This document shows positions 38,337 to 51,402 of a stretch of DNA of 64,000 nucleotides, piece by piece. Below the pieces are notes generated by a model. It worked only from the letters and a program-made list of their open reading frames with translations, did not search any database and was not told where the DNA came from. The stretch covers positions 49,414,001-49,478,000 of the forward strand of contig CM068745.1 of assembly GCA_035084275.1 (NCBI GenBank), in the 5' to 3' direction. Each line of letters begins with the position of its first letter. Positions within the stretch are counted from its first letter, which is position 1. Made by a program: the position numbers and the translations under genes. Origin of the DNA: Hydrolagus colliei (Eukaryota).

Positions 38337-38515
38337 AAAAACGAAAATACTGCAGACGCTGGAAATCTGAAACAAAAACACAGATTGCTGGGAACACTGA
38401 GCAGGTCAGGCACCATCTATGGAGAAAGGAAAAGTGAGTCAATGTTTTCGGGTCCACGACCCTTCTTCAGAACTAGCTGTTGGACCTGCTGTGTTCCCAG
38501 GGATCTCAGCTTTGA
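38337..38515 (-). mobile_element. Penelope-like pseudo-LTR remnant with partial inverted repeat
   Basis: aaatactgcagacgctggaaatctgaaac..gcaggtcaggcaccatc..; inverted arms 38388-38407 and 38483-38500; contains hammerhead core. Confidence 0.65.
38438..38473 (-). ncRNA. Minimal type I hammerhead ribozyme motif (probably decayed)
   Basis: Minus strand gtt-CTGAAGA-a-gggtc-gtg-gaccc-GAAA-acattgac: CUGAnGA box, 5-bp stem II and GAAA box. Confidence 0.6.
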
Positions 38516-39049
38516 TGTTGTGTTCCATAAAAATACAAATCATTTATACATACTTATCATTGTACCCCTGAGCTTTCTGGATCTGTTTGATGTGACCAAT
38601 GAGGCTAGCTCTTAAAAGAGTAGATGTCAGTCTATCGGGATTATTTGTCCAGATTAATTAGAGGATAATTGTCATTCCACTGGTGATTGTGAAAAGATAG
38701 ACGTTTCAACTAATTGATTAAAGCAGCCCAATCAGGCAGTTACACCACTGATTCAATGCAGTCATTATTTTTTAACCTATTGTTGAAATAGATCATTTAG
38801 GTGATCAGTTAATAGGTTCATCATCAGGATTTGAAGGCCTTATCAGTCACAAGGAGTTTCCTCTAATATCTTGTGAACTCCTCCAGTCAAAAACTAAATG
38901 GTTAGATCCTAGATGGCAAGCAGTGGGAACCTTGGCAGACAGCTCTCTCAAGGAGGCAATGCAGTTTTAGCTGGTAAAGTTGCAGCAATATCCCAATGCA
39001 CCCAATCTTTACGTATCAATACAGAATATATAATAATATATATTATTAT

Positions 39050-39332
39050 AGTAATATAATAATCCTTGCAGTTGATACCACGCTTTTCATGTCTTCTAGA
39101 TGTCTCAAAGCGCTTCACAGCATATACTGTAAAGTGAATTGACTGCATATGTGGATGAAACGCGACAGCAGTGTCCCACAAACAGTCATGGATTGAAGTG
39201 ACCTTTTTTTTAGGGATTATTATTAGGCATATGGAGTAAGGAAACTTGCCCAAGGTTTTGCCCTGTCTGGATTTGAACCCAGGTGACTCGCTTGTAAAGC
39301 GAGTGCTCTAATCACTGCGCTACAGGACTCCA
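39050..39332 (-). mobile_element. Full-length SINE (short variant)
   Basis: Reverse complement of consensus from tail to ...gctacaggactcca. Confidence 0.9.
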
Positions 39333-39467
39333 CAAGCAGATAAGTAGGGTGTGTTCCTCCAGGGAGGGAGAGTGACACAGCACAATTGATGTGTGTAGGT
39401 GGTATACATACATATGTGGTATCTCAGTCTGGTATGGATACTCTGGAGCAAGATGGTGTGTTTCTGC

Positions 39468-41910
39468 CAGGGCTGTAGGACTCGAGTCCTGGACTTTGAC
39501 TCGAGATTGGTCTCGAGTCCTCATTTCAAGGACACGGACTCAGACTCGGCTGTGCAGGACTTGGACTCGACACCAGGGACTCGAGGACTCGGGCTTCGAG
39601 ATTGCCGCAAGTCCGGATTGGTATGAGCCAATCTGCGGGATTTTCTGTAGTTTGTGCAAATACTACACTGGCCGACCTACCGGAAATCTCGTAGTGGAAG
39701 CTGCATGTCAATGAACTGTGACGTGGTATCCCACGTGGGATACTACTTCCTGTCTACACATGTAAATTTTCTACCAATGAAAAAAGCCCTTTAAAAAGTG
39801 ACACAATGCCCTGGATTGCCATGTGTTTCAATTCCATTGTGTGAGTAGTAACACTGATTTCTGAGACTCTGTGAGTATTTTTTGGTACATTGTCTTGTGT
39901 ACTAACTGTACAAGGGCTACCATACTATGCTTATATCGCGTGCTATGCACTGAAACCTCCCTGATTCTTACCTGCCCGGCGCGTACAAGCATCACCATGT
40001 CTGCCGTGTCCCGAGTGATTGGGTACAAGGAATTCACAACAACAGGGAGGAGCGAACATCATGCAAAATGTAAGTTTTGCAAATGTGTTGTAACTGAAAC
40101 GTGTGGCACCACCTCGAATTTCACATGCCATCTGCAACAACGTCATAAAGAAAAGTAAGTTTCGTACTCATTTACGATTAGACTATACAATAAATTAAGT
40201 GTGTGTGTGGACTTTTGTCATAACGCGTTACTCATGAATCATGATAAATTTTATCATGTGAATAGTCTTGAAGATTTCATCTAATAAAGACTATTTTCTG
40301 AGCTATGTTGGGTCTACAAAAACATCCATCTGGTTGGAGGAGTTGTCGCTCTCCTCCAGCACAGGTGGAAGTCTTACATATAATATACTGCTACGTGCTG
40401 AAATTGTCCTTACTAGGGGTAGATCTTAGGTCTATGTAGTAGAAATATATACGGAGACAAAAATCTAGCCCCATAGAGATACGCGTAAAAAGTAGAGCGT
40501 GAGCGCCACAAAGCATTCTACTATCTTTCAAATGAGGACTCGAGTCCTACAGCCCTGCAATTTTCTTCTTTGTGCGCAATGCACTGACTCATACTCGGAT
40601 CAGCAGCATTCACGAGCGCTCGGTCACAAACCAGTATATACAAGTACAAGCCTAGGCAAGCAATCTACAGCTAGACTTTATATTTGGAAAAAAACTTAAA
40701 ATCTCTCTCCTCGACACAAATGGGGGTTGGGGAAGAGAGAGACAGGGAGAGACTTATACATACATGTATACAAACGCACAAAAGCCAACCCATTCCTTCT
40801 GTCTTCAATTGGGATTCATACAGGGGCAGGAAAATTGTGCCAGACGGGCCTTTTCAAATACATTTGCCAAACAAGGTTTAGATTTATAAATCTAGATGGA
40901 TTTGGAGATCATAGAATTGTACAACACAGAAGGAGGCCATTCACACCATCGCGAGACATCTAGAAGATGTGAAAAGCGCTATATGAAATACAATGATTCT
41001 TATTATTATTATCATGCCTGTGCCATGTGAATCCTTGCTGCTCCAAATTAAAGGTTAGACTCAATTATTGCTTCTTAAAGTTTGCCCACAGTTGGATACC
41101 TTCTGGGTTGACTTTATAAATCTGCTTCAGACAGAGGAAGGGAGACAGATGAGAGTCAGTGGGAGAGATAAGACAGGGAGCAGAGTGACGGACAGAAAGG
41201 AAAGGAGAATGGAATTAGAAAACACACAAATTTAGGGGACTCGGAAGAGAAATTCACTGAATTCTCGTTGACCAGTTTGAATAAAAGCGTATACCACAAG
41301 CCAGCCAAGTTACTAGTTCCAAGTCAGCTTTAAACTGCAAAGTCTCTAAATTGCAGTCAGACATTTGAGCTAGAATTTTTTAGTAAGGCAAACTTATCAA
41401 TTTGAAGCACTTCAAAAGACAAATTTAATAAGGCACAGGTTACTGCGGATACTGCTTTGGAGAGGATTAACATCAACTTTCTAGACACTTGTTTTTCATG
41501 CCCAACCGCGTTACCTTCCTCAAATTAATGAACGCATATCACTGTCTTAGCATTTTGTGAATCTTCATTTCAGTGAATATCAGTGCAATGGCTTTATCAG
41601 ACAAGTGACTGATGACTTGAGAAGTCAATATTCCTTGTCCTTCAGGGACTAAAAATAGAATTTAATTTGTTCTTGAACCAAACCATTAAGCACTTGAACT
41701 TTGGGATAATGTGTCAATTTATTGCATAAAGCCATGGAATAAGAAACCAACCCTTGTAAACAAAGTGTAGCAAGCAATTTACATCAAAAAAAGGTATAAG
41801 ACTGAAATTCTAGTATGTATACGTTGGTGATGGGCGTGGAGGACTCGGACATTGAGGACTCGGACTCGGACATCAGAGACTCGGATGAGGAGGACTCGAT
41901 TACAGCCCCG
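39468..41910 (+). mobile_element. Rearranged/deleted hAT DNA transposon with BED-finger first exon
   Basis: Left end cagggctgtaggactcgagtcc with multiple ggactcg subterminal repeats; right end ggactcgg repeats ending tacagccccg; extra inverted left end at 40535-40557; no TSD found. Confidence 0.75.
39997..40154 (+). pseudogene. hAT transposase exon 1: BED zinc finger
   Basis: accATG start; AKCKFC...GTTSNFTCHLQQRH (C-x2-C...H-x4-H with the BED TSN motif), followed directly by donor gtaagt at 40155. No DDE core recognised downstream. Confidence 0.8.
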
Positions 41911-42399
41911 CATGTGTCAATTATGCAAGTGACCAAAATAAATCATACCAAGTAATTTGTAGAACATTCTGATGTTTATTTCTTCATCACTTATTGCCGG
42001 ATCAGGACAGCTTAAAGGTGCAATGATGAATTGTATACTGTGGGTAAAGCTGACTGCAGTTTGGGAATATTAATAGTTCTTTTGGCAATATATGAATTAT
42101 TCAAACTACGGTACAAATTGTTTTAAAATTAGTGTCAAATTGCATGACATTTTGGAGAACTTAAATTAACTTGTATCAGTAGTGTAGAGATTAACCTCTG
42201 AATTGCCATTGACAAGATAATATTTTATCTATGAGTAATCTCCACAACTTGCTGGGTTGACTTGGGTTATGAATACTTACCATAATTTTAATGCTTGTTC
42301 AGCTATTCCAATGATGTGTCTAGGTCTCTGAATTCCTCTAAAAATATCCAGGAAGAACAAGGTGTTAATCCAATCAAATTTACATGAAGTAATATAGGA

Positions 42400-43720
42400 C
42401 AGTACAGGGCCATTCTGCTCAACAACCATATCAGTATTTATACTCCACGTGAGCCTCTTCCCCTCCTATTCTCCTCTCCTGTACCCCACTGTTCCCTCTC
42501 TCTCATATATGTGTCGGATTTTCTCTTAAATATATGGTGCTATTTGCTTCAATTACAGCTACCAATATTAATTTTGATATTCTCACCATTCTCTTTGAGA
42601 AGATTTTCCACCTAAACACCCTAATATGTCTCCCAGCAGCTATCTAATATCGATGACCTCTAAACCCAGGGAAGCAGCCTATCAACATCCATTTTATCAA
42701 ATCCTTCCATAATCCTTTAAAAACCTCTATCAGATCCTTTCTTGATTGTTTCATCTGCAGAGAGAAAGGTTCTAGTCTGTCAAATCTTTCTTGGTACAGT
42801 AAAAGTTTGGTAATCTGGCACCCTTGGGACCTAACCAGTGCCTTTTAATCAAATATGTCGGATATTTGAGCAGCAACTTGCCGAAAATCCTGCACAAAAA
42901 ATTTACTTATTTTAAAACATACCATATTAATAATAGACTAAATTATAACAGAATATTGTATGGACACTTACCAATAAAGCATTCCAGCACATTCGATAAA
43001 ATGATCGGTAAAATAAAAATTCCAGGGTTCACTAAGTTCAATAAGTGTGCATGTGCACACATTGCACACATGCGCAAAGTGAGCATATGAGCGAGTATCC
43101 TGAATGGCTCCAGTATGAGATCCTTTTGCTGGAATGGTGAATTGTATTGGGAAATACCGGTTGGTTGAGTGTTCTGGCTGGTTGGGTGCCGGATAAACAA
43201 GCTTTTACTGTAGTTGTATCACTAGTGACACCCTTGTTAACCTATATAATCCTCTCTTCAATTCTACACGTAACTTTCCTGTAGGATGGTAATGAGAATT
43301 GCACACAGTCAAATGTGGAATAACAAATGTTGATATAAATATTGCATTTTATTCTTGACATAAAGCTAAGGGATCCATGGTTTCTTCCTGCTCCAGAGCA
43401 GCTAATTTAAGAGTCCTGTGAATCTGAATGCCTAGATCCCTTTATTCCTCTACCCAACTTAGACTTTTTACCATTCAAGTATTGTCACTCTCTTTATTCT
43501 GCCTACCAACGTGACTCATTTCACATTTCTAAATACCATCCGCCTCCTCTCCACACATTATGCAAGCCTATTTATCTCTTCTTGCATCTTTTTGCAATCC
43601 TCTTCATTATTCACTACTTCCAGTTTGATCTCATCTAGAACTTTGATACAAAACCTACTATATCTGAATCCAAATCATTTACATACACCACTTCTTACTT
43701 CTTGCCAATTAAAATATACA
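42400..43720 (-). mobile_element. Old CR1 fragment interrupted by a MITE
   Basis: ggccattc 3'UTR, aaaacctctatcagatcc and gagaattgcacacag motifs are colinear with the young CR1. Confidence 0.6.
42797..43210. mobile_element. Tc1/mariner (pogo/Tigger-type) MITE
   Basis: TIR cagtaaaagtttggtaatctggca vs reverse complement cagtaaaagcttgtttatccggca; TA TSD; sits inside a CR1 relic. Confidence 0.82.
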
Positions 43721-45689
43721 TAGGTCACAGGTTCTTGCCAAACTACAGAATGCATTTAAGTACAGATGTGAGCATTTATTTAATCTTAAAATAAATAGGT
43801 AAATAAATGTAAATGAATGTTATAAAGGTTTAGGCACTGGCATCAGAAAATGATTCAGCATGGGGATACATTGTTAAAATGTTGTTAAAATCTGTGGAGT
43901 CAAATCTATTCCATGGTCTGGCTTTTATTGGAGTTCTGTAACTCAGTGGTTATAGCGCTTATCTCGCAAGCAAAAGACCTGGGTTCAATTCCCAGCAGGG
44001 CAAAATGTGCTATGCAGTTTCCTCATAGAAAGCTCCCTCTTTCCCCAGTCAAACACTTCTCTACATCCTTCATTCCCTCCTTGTCACCCTACCTCAGCAA
44101 TCTCTCAACCTGACTAGAGAGAGCAATCTCTCTATTCCCTTCCCCCAGCAAATACCAGGTTGTTTCATGTCCCAATACCCCATTTGCCCCAGCAAACCCA
44201 CTTTGCGCCCATCCTCTTGAATTCCATTCCTAAAGTCCCTCTGGCTTACTCCATCTCTCTCCTCTTTTAGGGAGTGGAAAGATCTAAACCTTTGACCATG
44301 CTTTCAGTTTTTCTTTTCCCCACTTCATCCCATCTCTCTTGGCTCTCACCCCCAATTCTAATGCCAGTATTCAGTGTTTTGAGATGCCCTTCCAACATAG
44401 AAAGAGTTGTGATATAGATGTTATCTTTCTGGAAGGAAAACACAAAATATTGCTTATGCGGTCCACAAAACTTTCTGAAATAAGGTGCTTCTCAAATAGG
44501 AAATCTGCCCACAGCAGCCAAAAGATTTGTATCATACTGCATAGTATTGCGCTCTTATTTTTGCTTTAAGAGAAACATCTTAACTTGTGCTCCTATAAAC
44601 AACTAAATAAATCAGAAACCCATTATTATATTTTGCCACCACTTGCAGTATCTCCACTTGTATTCTATTGTAATATACGTTGTCAAATGAATTAACCATC
44701 ATTTAATAGTTCATAGTGTGGCATCATTTAATGAAGGCAATTAAGGCATTTGATGGTACTTCTCAGGCCTGGCCTATATATTTTCTTAAGAATCAAAACC
44801 TGGGATTTAAACATTTAAAAAAAATCATTGTTATCTTTATGACTGAATTGTTTGTTCAATTTCTTGGGTACTGTCTTTCTCGCTCTTCATAATTTTATAT
44901 TTATTTGGAATATTGGTCTAAAATGCATTATTTGTGAATCTGTTTTGAGTATCTAATCACACGGTTTGGGTGTATTAAATTGCCAGAGCCATAAAATGAT
45001 GATTCATAAATCTCAAGCCAGCAAAGTCTACATAAGCTTTGTCAAGGAATTTTCCAACTTGGGAATCATTATTTGTTTTGTGAATCTCATGTGATTCTCA
45101 AAATCACAAACCAAAGGTTACAATGAATAAACATTGAATTTTAGAACCCATTTCCATTTCAAGGGAATAATCACCTCTGGGCAATACCCCATTGAAAAAT
45201 ATGAGCTGTACACAGTTTGATGATCGTCCCTATGATTAACTGTATTTAAATATCAAACAGCAACACAACAATAACAAAATTACATTTACATCGCTAGTAC
45301 CTTTTCCGTTGGGATGACATCCCAATCTGTTAGAAGTTGCACTTCCAGTGTCAGGTATGTATTCTTCTTTGGTCCCATAAACCAGTCTGACCTCATCAAC
45401 CCCAATATCTCTGATTGGTTTCTTACTTGTGTTGAGCTGCAGATATTTAAGTAACATTAGATTATTTTAAAAGCAGCAATTTTGAGGTGGATAGGGAGTG
45501 TTGAAATAAGTAGAGGCATTGCGAGAAAATAATCAAGGTCAAAACACCAAATATAATTAATCAGAGTTGGTTAGAATCTAATTACAAATAGACAAGGAGG
45601 AATTGCTGATGACAAAATGTCAGACACTTGAACTTTGTGTATTGCGTCATGCCTTAAACATATCTGGGTAAAATAGTTTGAAGGTATAA

Positions 45690-46260
45690 AACAACAACAA
45701 CAACAATGGTGGCATCTCAGAGTGCTTGAAAGTGGTAGAGCCTGACTCCAAGCCAGGGTGAGGTTGAAGAGTAAGGTATTCAGGTGGGATTTGAATAGGG
45801 AGAGGGGGCAAAGTGGTGGGATTGATGGAGAGTGATCCAGAGTTTGGGGCATGGTGGCTGATAGCATAACCTCCGATGGTGGGGTGGAGGGTAAGAGGGA
45901 TGAGCAGGAAGCTGGAGTCAATCAAGCTGAGGCTTGGGGGTGGTTTGGGGAGTGAGGAGGTTGGAAAGGCAGGGAGATGCCAGGGAGTGAGTAGATTTGA
46001 ACACGAATGTGAGGAACTTGAAGTCAATCCATTTGGTGATGGGAGCCGGTGGAGCCTTGCCAGAACTGTTGAGATGTGGGTATGGAGATACCCATGGAGA
46101 TACCAGCTGATTTAGAACTCTGGGTCAGTTTGTGGGCCACAGAGTTCTGAATCAGCTGGATCTTTTGGATAGTGAAGCTGGGGAGACTGGTGAGGAAGAT
46201 GGCATGGTTGACTATGTCAAACTCAACAGAGTGTTCAGGGAGGACAAGGAGACAGAGAAA
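45690..46260 (-). mobile_element. L2 LINE 3' fragment
   Basis: Minus translation TIGGYAISHHAP..., LFKSHLNTLLF; aacaacaac tail at 45690. Confidence 0.75.
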
Positions 46261-48124
46261 TTCTGTAGAGAAAATGTCATTTGTGACAGACCTGTGAACT
46301 TAGCACAAGAGAGTTGAAGTGAGGCAAGTAGAGAAATGGGCAGGGTCAACTTGCTTCTCAGAGGAATCAGGTAATGCAGTTTTTTTCTATAAAGGTACCA
46401 CTTTAATCTTTGTGTAGGTTCACTTGGTATTTTTTGTCCAAATAAAATTGCTTGTTATTTTGATAGTCTCCTCGAAATTTCACTGATTTACAGCAGTAAA
46501 CCACTGTACTCTGTATACTGCATTTTTCCTCATTCATTCAGCAACCTCATCCAAGTAAATGTACAGGAAAATAAAACATATACAGGTAGATTAAAGGATA
46601 ACATCACCAAGAAATACCATCCATTAAAACAGCGATGCTTATTAAAGACTAGCAGAGTGTTCTATTTATTAGGCTTTCAGATTGCCTTGAGATAATAAAA
46701 TTGAGTCCTTACATTCGATATAGCACCTTATCATATCTTCAAGACATGTCAAAGCGCTTCACAGAATATACTGTATTTGTCGAATATTCAACTGTTCTCT
46801 TATAACACTTTCTTGACTTCAACTAATACATGTAAAATTCAGAATAAATGAGGAATAGATTCAACTAGTGAGTAGAATAAGGGCTAAAAATTAGGTGTCT
46901 GAAAGACAAAGTTGTACCTATGTGTACATTCACCCTCTGTCACATTTTAATCCTAAACCTTCTCTAAAGATATATAATTTTTTACATACTGGAGATCAAG
47001 TCAGTTATAAACATATACCTGTTGACAGAATGAATGCTGAATACTGTGGCACCTGGATATTTATGGAAATGAAAAATGGTCAGATAATACCAGAACTCTA
47101 TTCATTGTCAGTGCTGGGATCAGCACCTGAAACCAGTAATGATCAAAATGTCATTTTAATTTTTCAATTGTTACTGAGTAATTAAACATCATTAATAATA
47201 TAGCAAGTAAGACAACTTGTTCCACAATTCCACACTAAAATTAATTATTCACTTTGTGGCTCATTAAGAGACATTGCTCTGTGTAAATTGAGGCTGCATT
47301 CTGTTACACAAAATAGTCACTGCACTTTGTGGTACATTCTGTGAAATACTTTGAGTTGTCCTCTTGATGTTTAAGGCACTATATCAAACATAAGGAATGT
47401 TATTATTTTTTTTCCTCAGTAAAACAACAGTGACCTGGAAAATATATATTTGCCTTGCAAACTGGTGGATGCCTGCAGTGTTTCCAGCAAGGGATCTGAG
47501 ATGTGCTGTGTAACAGAAGGCGAGTTCTGCTGTCACTGGGAATGCATAACTGCTAACAGCCTGACACTCCATATCATCTTCTAACTCCTGGCTTAAATCA
47601 CACTGTATTTTGCTTTGACAAACCTAAAGTGCTCGAAGCAATATGACTTTACCCAGTCCGACAATATTAACTTACTATCTGTAAACTGTGAGCACCCACT
47701 CCTTTTCCCCTGTCTTCTGTACTTCCCAGAGAGGTCAGTTATGTTTTAACAAGTCAGTTGTAATTCTGAACCATGTGTAGTTTTGGAGCCTCTCTTCTCC
47801 TCAGCACGATGATACCATGTTGACTACTTAATGTGTGCCATTTACTCTACCTGAAAAATACTACTGCTGTGCAGAGCAAGTTTCTATGTTTTATTTCTAT
47901 TTATCATTTCTGTTATCCATTTTATTAATTCATTCAGCATTCAAACAGCACAAAATTCCACTATAACACCAGGAGCTGTGCAGTACACAATGAAGTAGTT
48001 TTCATTATTTGAAAAGTTAAGGAAATTTCTTTAACATAATCATTTGTGGGACATTGTGTGCAAAATGGTTCCTGAATTTGCCTACAAATACACATTTACT
48101 GCACTATTGCACTTTAATCCCTTC

Positions 48125-48297
48125 GCCTTACCCCCTCCATAGCCTCCTTCAACTTCAGCCTCACGACCCTTCTCTTTGACTGTGTCAACCCCCTTCCCCG
48201 ATCCCAACCCCATCTCGGGTCTGAACCATTCACTGTCCAGCACCTTGGGACATCCTCCGATATGAAAAGTGCATTACAAATGTAATTTTGTTGTGGT
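48125..48297 (+). mobile_element. L2 3'UTR/tail fragment
   Basis: ctcgggtctgaacc..ctgtccagcaccttgggacatcctccgatatgaaaagtgc..aaatgtaattttgttg. Confidence 0.75.
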
Positions 48298-49419
48298 TTT
48301 CTTTAAAATAAAGTTATTATGGCTCTTTTAGACATGAAGGCGATATAATACAAGGATTATCATTATTGTTGTTATGATCATAAACCAGAAGAGATTTAAA
48401 GACAGTAAAAACAAAATTAAACTTGTATAGCACCTTTCACATCAGGAGGACGTCCCAAGGCAGATCTTGTCCTAATATCTCTTACAAAGGACAGTGCCTC
48501 CATACTTTTGTGATTTTTACTCCATTCTTTCTTAAATCATATTGTAAAAACATGGCATAATGTTTATTAATTTACCTTGAATCTTTGAATGAAAAAAATT
48601 TAAGAATGAAAATAATAAGATGGAAAATGTTCCCAAACCTTTTAAATTAATGTGTTCCAAAGACCTTACTCATCAACTGCGCTTATGGTCAGCTTCTCCT
48701 TCCCCCTGACTTGGCCTCCGCTATTGATAAGCACTCTGAGATGATGCCTAGCATGGAGAGCACTGTATAAATGTAAATTGTTGATCTGTAATTTTACATT
48801 CATGAAAGTAAGAAGGAAAGGAGCAGGAATTTAACGTAATTGAACATTTAGAGAAAATCTCATCATTGAATAATGAATTGTTGAAAATAAATTGTTCTCT
48901 AGGGAATATGTTACACCGAAAAGCCAATTCCATAAAAGTAGTACAATATTATGCACTGTATGTTAGCTTTTAGTTTGTTGGGTCCTAATTTTTATATCTC
49001 AGTAGCCAGGAATTAATCTACATGTATCTCTTTATAATGCCAGTCTCTAATGTCTGTGTGACTCCCAACTTCAAAGTTCTCACCTCACCAAAAGTTTATT
49101 TCATACCCTTGTAATTACGTAGTCCGATGATTTTTATTTGCATCACTTCTGCACTCGACTGACTCTGGATTTCTGCATGTTCCCTATCCCTTCCATACAA
49201 CTATCGGTGGCCAACCTTCAGTTGCTGTGATGCAACCTCGGGAACTTCCTCCCATTACCCCTCTACCTTAACTCCTCTCTAAACTGTCTTGAAATACATT
49301 CTAAAAAGCCACCTTTTCAACCAGATCTTTTCACTTACCTCTTCTCCCTTGGCTCACCATTAGGCCTCATTTCCGTAAAGCATTCCAAGATATTATATGA
49401 AGTGTGTTCTACAAAAGAC

Positions 49420-49674
49420 GTGCCTTGCAAGCGAGAGACCTGAGTTCAATTTCTGGCAGGGTGAAATGTTGGGAAAGTTTCATGACTTTACAAGCCTCTG
49501 TTTACCTAGGAGTAAGTAGGAACCCGGTTGTTAGTCAATTAGTGAACCATTTTTCTGATGTTAATAACTCCTTTTTTTAAAAATTGGTCACGCAATCCAT
49601 GACTGTTTGTGGGACACTGCTGTGCATAATTGGCTGCTGTGTTTTGTCCACAAATACACAATCAATTCACTTTT
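49420..49674 (+). mobile_element. SINE long variant, truncated at both ends
   Basis: gccttgcaagcgagagacctgagttcaat..gcctctgtttacctaggagtaagtaggaacccgg..core. Confidence 0.85.
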
Positions 49675-49694
49675 CATCTGAATTCCATAGAAGT

Positions 49695-50014
49695 GGAGCT
49701 CCTGTAGCTCAGTGGTTAGAGTACTCGCCTTACAAGCATGAGACCTGTGTTCAAATCCAGGCAGGTAAGGGAGAAACCTTGGGCAAGTTTCCTTACTCCA
49801 CATGCCTAATAATAATCCCTCCAGAAAAACCATAATAATAAAATTGTCATTTTCAATCCACAACTGTTTGTGGGACACTGCTGTACACAATTGGCTGCCG
49901 TGGTTCGCCCACAAATATACAGTCAATTTATTTTACAGTATATTCTGTGAAGCACTTTGAGTCATTGAGAAGACATGAAAAGTGCTTTATCAAATTCAAG
50001 GATTATTATTATTA
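49695..50014 (+). mobile_element. Full-length SINE (short variant)
   Basis: tagctcagtggttagag (A box), gttcaaatcc (B box), ccttgggcaagtttccttactcc, core and (TTA)n. Confidence 0.92.
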
Positions 50015-50131
50015 CGATTCGGCCAGAAGTCACCATCATTGCACTTTTAGCCATCATAGAGGAGCAAACAGGGTGCTATTCATAGGATCCTGTGTAAACT
50101 CAGACTTTTTTCCACCTCCCCCTACCTTGCT

Positions 50132-50160
50132 CCCCCCCCCCCCCCCCCCCCCCCCCCCCC
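50132..50160. repeat. Poly-C homopolymer (poly-G on minus strand, G4-capable)
   Basis: Run of ~29 C. Confidence 0.9.
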
Positions 50161-51402
50161 ATCCCTGTCCTTTAGGTTTTCAACAACCTATCCAATGGGA
50201 TCTTCACTGGTCTTCAGTCTTCTGCTATTCAGTCACATATGTATGTATTTGCCGGCACTTACTAAAATCAAAGATTCTTCTTATCTTCTGTTTCTTCTTA
50301 GGTTATTAATCATTGGACTGTAAGAATTAATGAATCACAGTATATTGAAGAAAAGGTCAACTGTGTTCTCTTAAATGCCTTGATGAATTGTTGTTTCTAA
50401 GGACCTTGCAAGGTAAGCCTGAGGTCGATATGTCTTTGGATTCACAGTTATTTTGAGCACCTAAAAAATTTCAAACTTCTGCAAAAACAACAAAGTATAT
50501 GAAAACAATCATAGATATACTGCAAGATCTAAATTATACCTGCATCTAGGGAAATAAGAGGATGATGGAATACAATAACAAATTGTAGAAGTTTAGATGT
50601 TTCTCTGAAAATCTAAGTTACTTTCTTTGGTGGGAAAGGGAGAAACAATTGACCAATTTGCAATAAAGTAGAGATAACTTGGGATATTTAACTGTAAATA
50701 CTGTACATGAAAATGCTTTCACATTATCAAGAAATAATATGTATCAAGCCAGATATCATGAGTTTGTGCTTGTTTCTTTTGCTTGTAATGGGAAAAAAAA
50801 ATTGTATCAGCCCACTTGGTACTCTTCGAACTGGAAAACATTTGAATATCAACTACCTATATGTTGCTTAGACTGCACAATGAATTTGCTGATCATGTGT
50901 AGTTCCTTGTCTGATTAACAGGATTCACAATTGTAACGTTCAACTTAGTGATGCCTCATTAACTCTTTTTGAATGTTAATAATTTTATGAAACACAAATG
51001 TGGGAAAGGATTTTTGTTCATAGATTTAGGCAGTCACAGTAATGAAAAATAATAATGTCTGTGACACCAGCTCTTTGCAATGAAGATGGAACCATTCTGA
51101 AGCCAGTGATCTGCACAGAACTGTGACAGCGACAGTAATTACCTTGATCTTGCGGGATGTGTGATGAAGCTGTCATTTGTCTCCATTAATGCTGAATGTG
51201 AAAGCAGCCTTCCATTTTATTTATTGAAATCTTTTACATTCAAGTCTGTAATTTTAGATGATGCAAGGAACTAAAATGGCATCAGAACAGGAAAAGCATA
51301 TATTGGAGGAAATATCATGAAGGTCAATACACAGGTTATGAAAAATAATTTGAATTATCTTCAGAATTCTTTTGATTAGTTTTCATTATTAGTCAAATAT
51401 GT

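Noticed and set aside
39480-39600. ggactcg repeats as an array or regulatory cluster
   Set aside because: Irregular spacing and mirrored at 41840-41900; they are hAT subterminal repeats.
49695-49770. tRNA genes (A/B boxes, cloverleaf-like heads; also 51403, 56467, 43928)
   Set aside because: Each continues into the SINE body and lacks a proper acceptor stem; these are SINE heads, not tRNAs.
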